In this document: positions 38,701 through 51,480 of the stretch, piece by piece
How the letters are laid out: each line of letters begins with the position of its first letter
Numbering within the stretch: position 1 is the first letter of the stretch
From: Tubulanus polymorphus
Taxonomy: Eukaryota > Animalia > Nemertea
Direction: 5' to 3'
Length of the DNA stretch: 64,000 nucleotides
NCBI RefSeq assembly: GCF_964204645.1
Contig: NC_134027.1
Span: 5,674,485-5,738,484 of the forward strand
Program-made: the position numbers and the translations under genes
Notes under the pieces: model-generated
Seen by the model: only the letters and a program-made list of their open reading frames with translations
Databases searched by the model: none
What the model was told of the DNA's origin: nothing

Positions 38701-41310
38701 AACAGGACGATGCGCCACATGACCTTTACCGATATTCTTTAGATGATGATTGTGTTTCACGTCGTGCTATGGCGGATTTGCAGCGCTTGGCAATCCAGAG
38801 CCGCCGCCGCCATCTGCGTAGGTTTGACGCAGAATCTGAAGCAGGAATATGCCGAAAACCAATAATGGGATGATAACGTCAATTAACCAGGAGATATTGC
38901 ATAGATATATTGGATTGTCACTTGCTTTTTAACGTGGCATAGTCATTCAACCACGATGTACCGACTATTATACGTAGTTGATTTCGGATTTTGGCGGTAC
39001 AGAGAGGGCGGTATATATGCGGGCGTGATTTGGAAGTTATAAGATGTTTCGCTTTCAGAAAAACCTGGCTTTGGACGGGTTGATGGTCACCGGGAGTTGA
39101 CTGTATATTCGAAAAACTAGCCTTGCCATAACTCTATATTTCGTAAACAAAAATTCCAATGGCATGATCGTCTCTACCAACATTTATGCCGACTATTAAC
39201 GATTTGTAATGGAAAATTTAGTTCATCTATGTCAGAAAATTGATTATCATGAAGAATGGATGAAATTACCGCAGGCTGTTTAGCGTGGTTTTTTAAGTTT
39301 ACCAAGGTCAAACAGATCACCACGTGTCAGTACTGAGCCCAAACCTAACACGCCGCACCCGTTATAAACACAGGTGGGACATACAGGGGAAACGCTGACG
39401 ACAATTTTTTATCTGCATAAGTCCTGTTTAAAAAAACTAGTGTATGCATTATTTTTCACCTGGCATTTGAGAACTAAGTGACATTTCTCGCACGCGGACG
39501 ACGAGTTGAATTAGAAAGGACGAAAGCTCAAGTAGATTTTTGTGAACGCAACGACCCGCACTTAGACATTCATTCATGCGGGAATTAAAACGAGATTTAT
39601 TAATGAGCTGTTGGAATCAGTAAAATACCTTTTTACGCAGTAGCGTTAATGTGACATGATAAAATAATGGCTTTCTCGCGTTGTATATTTACTGCCAATA
39701 CGTAGGTTCCTAGAACCGGTACTATACCCCAGCGACCCGTTATGTAATCGCGCATATTTCCAGGTAGCGGCAAGATACCCGAGAAATGACGATTACCTCG
39801 GGTTCATGCCATGAGACTTTTTATCTCATCGGTTTGCACCGCTAATAGTCTAATAAATCAAGATTTATTTTTTGCCCCAGATGGCGCTCTCTATGAAACC
39901 AATTTCCAGGAACAGCAAACTCATTTGAACGCGATATTTCCGGGTGCAGTGGGCCCATAAAATTGATGGACGACCAGTTTTGAACAGCGCCATCGTAGTT
40001 CTTTCGATGAATTCACGCGATGTTAATTAATGCCATTGTTGGACGAAAAACAGAAATTGCCGGACACACAAGAAATGCGTAATCGGGAAGCTGAGGACAT
40101 TAATTAAGTGCTTCATTTTTATCAATTTCTCATAAAAACGATTCTGGGCATTTTTCATTCCACGAAACCCGGTCCCAATGTTGCACTTTTTGACACCTTC
40201 TAATTTCTATGGAAATTGGTGAGGCTCGATTAGAAAAGCACAGCCTTACTCGGTACGTCTTGAGAGTTGCTGCCAGTGTACACGGCTAGCTATACCAGAC
40301 ACATCCTCAGCCCTCGACATTTTGAGTGGTCATTGAGACACGTATCGTAGACGAAATGTACATACATCCCTATTTATTATCCTAAGTGGACCCTGGTATA
40401 ATTAACGTTGGAAGGACATTAATGAACGTTGCACGAACGAACTTATTCGAACGTGTATTTTTTCAATATTAAAGCTAAACAGACCATTTCTCGACGTCGT
40501 TGTCCGCGAGACTTATTTCTAAAGCCAATCGCTCATTAACATCAACCAACCGACAATATGGCTGCTGCGGCCACGTCCCCCGAGTCTTACTGGCGGCGGA
40601 GAATTCGCGCCAAAATCTACATGCAAAACAATGTCGAACACTGTCGCTTCAAGTAAGTTAATTAGCAGGTCCCCGATGACGCAGATTCTACTTACTGTAA
40701 ATTCTAATGCAGAATTAATGCTGACTTTACTATGTATCTCGTGGGACATGCTGGAGGAATTTCCAGAATACCGAAATGTACTACAGCAAAGAGCCAGAAC
40801 ATGTCACCTCCAACCATGCAAATACCAATTTTTTTTTATCACTGTTCACAATTGGATTCGAAAACAAACTCTGAGTGGAACTCTTCTATAAAGATTTTTT
40901 ACGTGTGGAAATTCATGAACATTTCCAATACATGTACTTTTCATCGATGTGAATAATTGTCTCTATATCTAGGAATATATCTTTATATAATATTAATCTC
41001 TATAAATCTATATGCGTAGATTTTGTTAAAAACGATGCCAAAGAATTCATACGTATTGTCTTTACGCGACGAGCTTCACAATCTAGAAGGATCAATGGTC
41101 TTTCCGAGGTTTTCAACTGATATCATATGTTTTTCTTACACATATCCGTACGTTAGTGCACATATGTTATTGTGATATTGTTTATTCAGTAATTTTTAAT
41201 ACGGCGTTATTAAAATGGATCCCCGGTCATTAAACTCGTACAATCGGTTTAAACAGTGTAAACCGCGGAAATATCTCGGAAACATCGCGGAAACACGCAT
41301 ATGTTTTATT

Positions 41311-41799
41311 CTAGAATTGACAATTGATATTATCAAATAGTGATCGGTTTGTGTAAATAGAAGATATACAGTTTCGTGCAAACAAGTCGCATCGCTGCAC
41401 GGTGTTTGATGGCTCCATGCCCAAGTGAGAAAAAAGCTTTGTTAATATTTGCTTGTTTTCAAACACAAGGCCGATCGATAGCTGAGTAGCTGAAAGTTGA
41501 TTATGTTGATAGTACCAACTGATGATTCGCTCTTGACATAATTTTTCACAGTATGCGAACAATTTTGACCTGTCGAATAAAATGCATGATTCGAACCTGA
41601 GAGCATCCACCATGATGTCCTTGCTGCTCGAATTCCAGCAATAAACAGCGTTTTGATTTGTATTTTCTTGAAACCATCCATCATCCATCTTATTCATTCT
41701 GTTAAACGATTCGATTAAGACGTCATGCTCATTTTTTATGTGGTCCTTACAAACCCACCACACGTACCAGGAACGAAACAGGGGTTTTGATGACGCCAC
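41311..41799 (-). other. 162-codon ORF (GTG start), unidentified; possible TE or viral relic
   Basis: Longest non-microsatellite ORF in the window, with protein-like composition (W/Y/C-rich). No family recognised. Confidence 0.3.
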
Positions 41800-42030
41800 C
41801 GGTGTGTGATTCTTTAACTTTTTTGTATTAGAAGTTCATTTTGACCAGAATTAGGTTTCCATCGAAACCGGAAGTGCTCAAACTTCGTCAGGGGACACAA
41901 GTTGAAAAAGGAGACGGTTATTTTGGGTTTTCAAACACAGTAAGTTGATCACAATTTTCACTATGTTAAACCCCACACCTCATCGATGACATTCATCTGG
42001 TGAAACTAGTTAACCCAATGACTTCTACTT

Positions 42031-42074
42031 GATAATGATAGTAATGATAATGATGATATAATGATAATGATAAT
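42031..42074. repeat. (GATAAT)n-like simple repeat
   Basis: Imperfect GAT/AAT array. Confidence 0.75.
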
Positions 42075-42785
42075 CTGTTTGTAGACTAGAACTAAGTTTA
42101 ATGGCTTACTGACCGCGCCATGACACCGAACAGAATCTAGTTCAGAATCCAACTGCCCGAATTATTTTCCACATAGAAGAATCCTTTTGTGTAAAAGGCC
42201 CGAACCCTTAAAAATGGAGTTACTAGGTCGGTACGAAATGCCAACCACCGATTGTCACACATCACAACTATTGTCGATGAAATTCTCACAATCGGCCAAT
42301 TATTTAGATCGAATTGTAATATTCAAGTTTCCAGGTGATAAAATCACTGCCGCAATTGATTCAGATTTTACAATTTGAATCAACGGGACATGCTGCTTTT
42401 ATGTGGTATAAATATATACATATAAATATATATTTCTCGTGCAAATCGATGATCATCAACATTTTGTGAAACTTTCATTAGTATTTTGGCGAATTAATTT
42501 TACGCGTTGTTGATAATGATTTCTACTCGTTTGTATTCGATTTGTACTTGAATGACCCCATCTTTTGCTATCCCACCAGTCCGTCATTACATCCCTGAAA
42601 AAAAAGAGATTAACGGGCGTGGAAATTGAGCACGTATCTTATTATTCGGAATTTCTCGGAAACCGCTGAATCATAGATGCATGATTATCGTCTTTTTTGC
42701 CGCGTGTGATTGTCTGATTCTGCGCGTTCCTGATGCTTGGATGTGAAATATCCGCTCAGTGTCAATATTTATTGAGTCACGGTTG

Positions 42786-42812
42786 CAGCAGCAGCAGCAG
42801 CAGCAGCAGCAG
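42786..42812. repeat. (CAG)9 microsatellite
   Basis: Pure CAG run, not within any listed ORF. Confidence 0.9.
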
Positions 42813-45800
42813 TTTTACTGACACACTGCGCCAATGACGAAACGACCTTGACCTTGGAAAAAATCCCGTGAGTTTGATGTAACGCCAGGGGCTATTTCCC
42901 ACCGATATATGATACGCTTTTTTATCATACAAAAAAAGAAGTGAACTTTAATGCCGTATACAAACAACGCGATACGGTCTATTGGAAATGTTTCAGAATT
43001 AAGATTCTTCAGGCAGTGTTTATTTCTATCGATTTCATGTATGTTTCAAAGATTCCCGAACAAGCTCATTGGGCACAGCAACGTGCTGACGTGATATCTT
43101 CATTTGTCCCGTGGTTGTATCAGTCGTTTACAGGTAACAAAATAACTGAGGTCACATCGAAAGTATACAGACCACTCCTTTACTGTTGTCATATTAAGTT
43201 TTTAATCCGAGTCTATTTGTGGCATTTAAAACATTTTGAAGGGAGAGGACGGGTGACGTTGACAATGTGCGTAGAAAATGCGAATATCTAGTGGGATAAG
43301 AGTTGTAAATTTGTACGTTGACATACAAGGAATACGTCAATGAAATCTAAATATCGCATATATCAGTAACATCTGTCAAAACTGACGTCATCTGTTTGTG
43401 AACGATTCAAGTATACAGATATATTATTGATTTTCGTGAAAAATGGGGGAGAACCGACGATTTGACCAGATGTTTGGTGGTGGTGGCGGTGGTACCTGTC
43501 GCAGTTGGGATCTGATAAATTCAGTTCATACCTCAAAAATGAACGTCTCCACGTATATATTTGGAAAATAACCAGAAACAATCACAAATTTGACCTTACA
43601 TTTGGTCATGGATTATCCATTAAAAGAACGAACGAAGATTTACTTTTTGATAAAAACATGAAATTTGACATTTAGGTCAATTATCAAGATAGTTGTGCGC
43701 TACAGATTTGTCTTGCTTTCTCGTAAAACCTGAACTTTAGCAATGATTTGATTCAATTCTTCCTTATCTACTATTGGCAGGTTAATGTGGAAAATCTGGT
43801 AAATACACGTGTTTCCACCAAAAAATACAATTGTCCTATCAGTTTTCGTGTTTTATGATTTCCCTGCCAAAGTACGTCAAAGTAGGTTTTTCTTTGATTG
43901 ATCATAATGATTTTGACATAGACAACAGCAACATGACGTCGCATATACATCTTCTATACTTAAATATTTGCTCACGATGTATTATTCATTAACAAACAGT
44001 GACTGACCTTGAAATATAATATCTTAAGGCAAAAATTTGAATAATTCATCAACAATCAATTCTCGTCTAGATAAATCAATCGTTTTTGAACAGATGTGAA
44101 CTTTCTAAACCGTGGTTTGAAGTTAAAAAAGTCTTTGATGTATATATACTATATATTCTATGGCTAGCGAAGGCGTTTTTATACTCTTGGTGCATTTGTT
44201 ATTGGCTCAGTCAACGTGATATGTATTGGCAAGAAATTCCCGCTCTCGTTTTCCCGCGCTAGTGTGGGTGGATTCATTCATCATGGCGTCGTTCCGTCAG
44301 CAAAGACAGCAATCTTTCTGTCACACGCGAGAGATGATTCATAAAGCTCCACGTGAATGAGCTCGAAGAAATCATTTTCCACCTTTTCAACCACCAGTAG
44401 CCGGTAGATTCAAAATAATGTATTAAAACCTTTCTCGCGAAAAGGGTTGTCTCCATAGATCTTTTTGGCATGAACAAATACCCTTCCCATTGGCGAAATT
44501 AATTTCATGGAGGAAAAATAATGAACTAATTGACTTTTACTAGTGTAACATATGGCAATTCATTTCACTTTCCGTATATGTCTAGCGCTAACAGTGAGAT
44601 TCGAAAGAAGTGCCAATGAATGCCCTTGGAAACGTATCCATCGCGATCGTTTAAAATCGATTTTCGTTTTTGCAAAAGGTGTAACATTCAAAACGTTCTT
44701 GACAGATGATATCATTATGTCACCTATGGTTGTACCACGATTCGATACAAGGGTGCACGAATCCAATAAATCCTTTCAGATGGTACAGTTGGTACGCACC
44801 ACCCACCTTAGTTGTCAATACATTTTGCGTGCGATTATTGAAATCAAAATTTTTGTTTAATTCGAAATGTTTCATCTTTTATTTGTTTTTGTAGTGTTTA
44901 CTCGTGTGTCTGTGTGGCAGCAACCGTTGCTATTTACAGCAACGGTGAGCTATATTTAGCGTCAGACTTTCCAGTAAACTGGTTGCTAAGCATCAGCTGA
45001 TGATGCGGAGGAGTTATGACGAGCCAAGTCTAAATGCGCACTGGGAGTGAATCATTTCGGAGTTGTGCGTGATCCAAATTGTATTGAGACTTGGGAATTT
45101 TGACCACTTGCCAATAACTCAAGTGTTCAACCGCCACTGCCAGTAGTAAACAGTAAACATCTTCTGAGTCAGAGTATTTTCTTCATTGATTCATCGATTG
45201 ATTATTGAAAGAGAGGATGACTGATTTTGATTTGGCACAACGTAACTCGAACTCAAATTTGAGAAAATACTCAATTTTTATGAAAAGTTTAAGGGACAGA
45301 AGAAAAAGATAAAATCAAAAGATACAACAAGTCTAAGTTTTAGATTTAATTCGAATTGTGGGATTTCTTCATTCATTTAATAACAAGTATCCTCGTCGCT
45401 CGAAATCCACGACTAGACCTATTAGGCCCACACTCTCATTTTCCTATAACAAAGCAACAGCAAAACCCTTGGGAAAACTGGAAAAAATACGGCTGATTTT
45501 TACGCATTGTATTATTGCACTTCTGCTCGTATTCGGTGACTGGTGATCAAATAACGCGTAGTAGAAAAAATGTTCGTGAGACATTTAAATTGAAATTAAT
45601 AGTATTTGATATGCTCCGTTTACATAAGATAGAATTTTTAAGCCTGTGGCCGGTACAACAGTCTATGTCAATGTTTATCTTTGTTGACAGATTTTTTTTT
45701 TATTCTTGAAAATGGTGTCAGACAGTTTGTTGTGTCAAGGTCGTTGTTAGTCAGTCAGGGTCAGTTTATGGTAAAGAATTTTTCTGGTTTTTACGAAAAA

Positions 45801-46020
45801 GCAATATGACACTATTTGAATTTCTAAGCAAACACATCGCACGTTAGAATAATTTTGAAATAAGATTTCAAAGCTAAAAAAAACGCATATATATATATAT
45901 AATGTGTGCTCGTGTAGATTCATTGTGTTGATAGCGTACTATCATGTAAGAAATTGAAATTATTCAAACGTTCAGTTCATCTATGAATATACTTAAAAAT
46001 TTAGATAATTGTATACTAAT

Positions 46021-46470
46021 CAAGGCCGTAACTTGGTTACTTAATTATTTTTTTTTTTTGGGGGGGGGGGGGGCAGAGAAAGCCGAAGAAAGGCAGTTCT
46101 ATTGGATATCATACTATAATTAAGCGTGTCGTCACGCTACTCCTGTGTAACGGCACCTACAGTCGTCAAAATTTGGCTATACATGACTGGGAATCTGAAT
46201 CAAATGCCCTAAGGGTTTACATTTTTCAATTTAATGAAATGACATTTCGTACTTACTTTATTGACAGGGATAGCGGAATCATTTTGGGATTGGTACGACC
46301 AGAGAACATTAGTGGAACCATGGACTCGTTTTAGAGTCCATGGTGGAACTGTTTTCAAAAGATCAGAGATGTCACCAGCAAGTCATCTAGCCAAGTAACA
46401 ATGATATTTGCAAAAAGGACACTTTTCCAAAATTTCTGGGGGAGGGGGGCAACCGCTTGGTACGGCCCTG
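46021..46470. mobile_element. 450-bp MITE with CA(A/G)GGCCGTA termini
   Basis: CAAGGCCGTA ... TACGGCCCTG, poly-G subterminal tracts at both ends, and a 5-bp flanking repeat CTAAT/CCAAT. Confidence 0.7.
46319..46342. mobile_element. P-like mini-palindrome / putative excision footprint nested in a MITE
   Basis: CATGGACTC-GTTTTAGAGTCCATG flanked by perfect GTGGAAC repeats (46312-46318 and 46343-46349). Confidence 0.8.
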
Positions 46471-49400
46471 CCAATGACAACTAATCATATAGAGAGAGAA
46501 TACGTACAAAGATAATGGCAAAATATCACTAAAAATCGCAAGCTAGTTAATAGTGGGAGCGGATCATAAACGTCGTATGGGTTCTAAATTGATGTTCATG
46601 ATTGTTGCCAACCTAAGAGATGAAAATGCTTGGCAAAGGTTAAGCAGCCATTCCTCAAAGTTTGAAACACGTGAATCAGCTGCAAAAAGTATATATCCAT
46701 AAAATAACGCTGACTGAGGGACCGATGATAGAATCAAAAAATAAAATCACTGATCCACCTGGCGACGAGTTTTAATAAATACTTTTGAAACAATGATCCA
46801 CATGACTCTGGAAACTATAACCATACTATAACCATGAAATTTCAAGGAACCAAATATATACATATGTCTACAATGCTCGTCGGACTTGAGCGTGCAATGT
46901 ACTATATAGGTCTGACTTTCAGCCAGAATCGATCATATAATATTAGTGCAGTAGTGAAAGTCTGGGTTCATTAGTTCACCAACTGATTAGTCTAGCTATG
47001 TGATCCTGCGTAAGTAAGCAACACTTCCGAAGGATATCGCAATGAGATATGATGACCACGATATTAAGAGTAGTCATGTCATGTCGCAAAAAGTGAGTGG
47101 TATACACAGTAAATGAGTATTTGATCAGATAACAACATGTGATGACATTAGAAATCGAAATCACAAGTAATCATTGAAACACACAAAAAGTAAACATGTA
47201 CTCTATCTAACCTTGAATTAAGAGGCACTCGAAACCACTCATCTGCGGGATTTTTATTCAGGGTTTTATTTTACCTAGGGGATTTTAGAGGAAAAAGTTA
47301 AACGCTATGACATTTTCAAACAGACATCTATCGATGCATCTAGACCAATCAATACGAGATATCGATGACAACTCTTATGTCGGTTTTGTTTTCTTCTTAT
47401 ACTTTTTTATTCCTTTTAAGCTGATCGTAAGAAAGCGATTGCGGCAACCAGACATGATCCTCTATTCATTTGTCATCGTCGTGGACAAATGGGAAAGGCA
47501 ATTTAAATTTTGATATGAGAGAGATTAATACTTGGACAAATGTGGAGCTCATATATGCTTATGCACAATATTGAATTCATTCATTCTATATACCCAATTT
47601 GCATTTTTTCAAAATCATTCCATGATAAATATACATATATATATTCAGAGTACATCGACACTTAATCATTTGTAACAACCCAATCGTTATCCATGTCGCC
47701 ATGGTATCGTCTAGTCGAGATATGATTACAATATTATTGTCTACAATGTTGAAAAACTAAACTTTAAAAATACTACCTTGAAAAAAAATATATACAATGA
47801 AATGATACGCGTTGATAGTAAACATTCGAGTCCGCGGGTTCATCCGTCTTTTAGTCTCCACGATCAGCTGCGGCGATGAATCTGTTGTTTTGTTTTAACT
47901 GAACTTTTAAAAAAACTTATTAAAAGGGCTTTCTTGTAAAAACGTACGATTATGATAATTAAGCCGATAGTATGTTTGGGTGCGGATTTCAGTGTTTGAC
48001 ATCTCGGTGAACTGTTTGTTACCATACAACATGAAATGTGTTGTGTCTATGTGGTGTTGTTGTTGTTGTTCAATGGTCGGTCGTATCCCAGACAAAAGAT
48101 GTTTACGCGGATGTTGCGGGTAAACAATACGTTGCGTATGCGCTTGGTAAATGGATAATTGGGGTTACTGAACTCGATATTGATCAAATCTCACAATTAT
48201 TATTATATCCATGTTACAGAAGCTTTTCAGGTTAGGTTTAGATTAATTTTCGGAGACTTGGTTGGATATTAGAATATTCATAGTAGTATGTTTATGACAC
48301 TGTTATGGGGCTCACGAAATACACTAACGCAAGTTATGTAACACCCCGGCTCGTTTCAATATTTTGATATATAATACACATAGTTTATTTAGATTATTTT
48401 CACATATAATATAAATCAAGGCCCTTATAATGAATCACGTGGTGCCTATGTATTGTTTCAGTATTTTGGCCACCCTTGTAACGGATCACAAGGTGTGAGT
48501 AATGTCACTTGGCAATGTGTCACGAAATAATGTTAGTGTTGTTCAATGGAGATTATGTTAGCGAACTGTTAATTTCATGTCAAATATTTAAACGGATATA
48601 CATCTGAACTATAGCCAAAAAATTGTTTACAAGTCGCTGTGGATTTCGGTGATTCATTTCAAACACGCGCGTGCCAAATATTCCGAACATTCCGGGACTT
48701 CGACGAGACCGGTCCCGGTAAAAACCCAAACAGCCTTTCATCTGAAAATATGTACAGTAAACATAATTACTCATTCGTTATTGCGCAGTGAACATTGTTA
48801 TTGTCAACGGACATTGTCCCACAAACATCTTCAACATGCGTAAGGAAGGAAAATCTGTGTTACTCGCGGTAATTAACAGATTAACAGTATAGTCTCGTAT
48901 CATATCCAGGCCAGCAGTACTCGCGTTAATTACCTCCGCTGATTTCACTTTCAACCAAACTCGCTCAATCGACCTCAAATTATTTAGTGAAGAGCGGAAA
49001 TTACAATCGCTTTGGTGATAAATTTCTTAGAATTTTCATCAGGAAAATGCTTTCCTATAGATAATATTTTCGCGATGATTAGTTTCTTGTCACCTTTGAA
49101 GCCAGTTAACTGAGAGTAATAAGTCAATATTCCAGTCAATATGTAGCCTACATCAAATCATTGATTTTCGATCAAACCACCTAAAATGGCTAACAACTAG
49201 GGGTCGTGTAAACAGATTATAGATATTTCTTAAATTCACTAAGAAAAAGCCACTTAACAAAGGATGAACTACGCGATGCGATGAAAGCGTGAAACTGAGT
49301 CAACGTGACGGCAACCAGAGGATCGAAGATCTTCACCATCATCGTCCTTGCCAAATCTGTAATATTGTCACGCGTCGCTAGGTGTGAATAAGAAAAGGAC

Positions 49401-50771
49401 CACGTGAAACGGTGACCGAAAGGTGAACCTAAATCGAATCACACTTTGTTTTAAACATTTCTTCACAGGTTTACTTTCCTGTTGCTGTATTACTAATTAC
49501 ATACGTATAAGCTCCATTTTAGACATACAATATACGTAGAAATAGTGTAAAGAAGCAACTTCTGATTTACTATCTTCGGATAAATGAATGCTTTTGGAAG
49601 ATGATGTCGCCCACGCCTCAATGTTGCCCTTTACCGATCCCGGCAATGTTCCGTCTAGACAGTGTTTTTAAACACATCTTTTCTGGGCTTTGATGTAAAC
49701 AGATAAAATGAGCAACGCGTTTTACGGGTTCCACGCGCTACCGCGTGACAAAATATATCCTCGGACAGATTGGGTAATTCGAATTACCGACAGATTGACC
49801 ATTCTTATATCAATGATACATTCCGCAAATAGTTTTTTGAGGCCGTGTGTATTTGATCAGGGCGAATAACCACAGAAGGAGGATGCCACCTTTGAAATGA
49901 GAGCGAGAGAGCTGATCCAAAGGATTGTTCTTAACTTCAGAAATATCCACAAGAGTTGTTGACTAACATCGAAGTCAAAGCATACCAATGATTCAACTAA
50001 TGAGTCTTGGGCGAGGTGGGGGTTGTTTCTTTTGGGAAAACCTATCTTCGGTTGATACGAACAGCTCTGAAATGTTGAACGAAAGCCTTCTCAATCCCCA
50101 AGTGAACTAAAACAGCTGGTTTGTTCATGTTGGCAGGTGTCGAAGTCACAATGACTATCATTTTACGTGTATGAATTATGTGCACGCCCCAACAAGTAGT
50201 AGTAACAGTACTTCAGGGGATGTTATCTCGTCATGCACTTAAACGTACGTGTCATGATCACAACCATATCATATCCGACCTTCGAACAACCATTTCAATA
50301 TTATGAGGGCAGTTTAACTCACTGTGGATTCAGACAGGACTGTACTATTTTTGGCATATCATCTTTAAATTTTCATATTTTAAAATGTGATAACAACCAA
50401 TTTAATACAAAACTGTTGTCAGCATGAACACGTAGATTTCACCTCCAGAAAGTACATTTTTTAAGTACATTTTGTGGACCATGTAAGTTACAAAGCGCAC
50501 GGACTTTCGAAATATTATATCCGTGGCAACACGTTTATTTATATTCGAAATACAAATTCGACATTCCATCCACGAGTATCACATGAAGCTTGATATCAAA
50601 TCATTTAGAACTTTATATGTATGCAGTACACGATGTACTTTGCTGAAATTCAGCCTCCCCCTGCTCACATACGACGATAAAACAATAACCTTTTTGAGAT
50701 ATGTGTATGAAAAATTGTTTTACTGTTGAGTCCAGATGGAGATAAACCTGGACGTTATACGTATAGAATCT

Positions 50772-51261
50772 GGTAACAGGTAAAAATCCCTGTGCTAAAA
50801 TATTTCAAAAATTTAAAATGCTCCGTTGTGTTGGCCACAATAATCAGTGACTATTAACAAGTTTCATTCAAGCAACGTACATCAATAAATGTCATTATCG
50901 TAGTTTTGAAAATCTCCATGAAGAGATGTAGTTGAGTAATATATACTTATGCATTCCTAAATATTGTAATGAGAAACATTGTCTCGTCTTTTTCTATGCA
51001 AGTTTATACTCTAGTTTGATAGAAAATATAATTTCGGGTTTTTTTACCAGGAGGGATTTTTGCCTAGGAAATATTTACCAGGGGATTTTAACCCGGGTAA
51101 CGAGAGAAATCCCACAATGATTCAGTCAAAGATGAAAAATTCTTGGATTGAAGAGATTTATTTTGAGCAACGTTTCGGCTAAACACTACTAACCATCATC
51201 AGGCGGGTATTTTCACCTTGTGGATTTTTACCGGGGGGAGGGGGGATTATTACTTACATTC
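50772..51261. mobile_element. Degenerate MuDR-like non-autonomous element
   Basis: Left end GGTAACAGGTAAAAATCCC, right end GGGGGATTATTACTTACATTC, several GG(G)ATTTT..CC subterminal repeats, and a weak 9-bp flanking similarity ATAGAATCT/ACAAAGTCG. Confidence 0.5.
51157..51204 (-). ncRNA. Penelope-like element terminus with a minimal hammerhead ribozyme motif
   Basis: Minus strand reads CTGATGA-T-GGTTAG-tagtgt-TTAGCC-GAAACGTTG, followed closely by AATAAA. Confidence 0.65.
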
Positions 51262-51450
51262 ACAAAGTCGTCCATGGTCTAAATTGCCCTTGGACTCACG
51301 CCTGTATGGTCCATTAATTCATCTCGAAGGCAGTGTTCATTATTTACGCGGATGAAGCCATGGCGTACTCTTGTGATGTTATGTAATGTGACAATGGACA
51401 ATATCCTTATTTAACAGTGACCTTTTGACCCATGAATATAAGTATTTGAC

Positions 51451-51480
51451 CATGGACTCTAAAACGTTTTAGGTTCCATG
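51451..51480. mobile_element. P-like mini-palindrome (15+15 nt)
   Basis: CATGGACTCTAAAAC-GTTTTAGGTTCCATG flanked by ATTTGAC and ATTAGAG (5/7 identical). Confidence 0.7.

Noticed and set aside
48930-48990. LRSIERVWLKVK resembling Tc1/mariner LNPIE..W
   Set aside because: Lacks the SP/D context and the upstream DD motifs.
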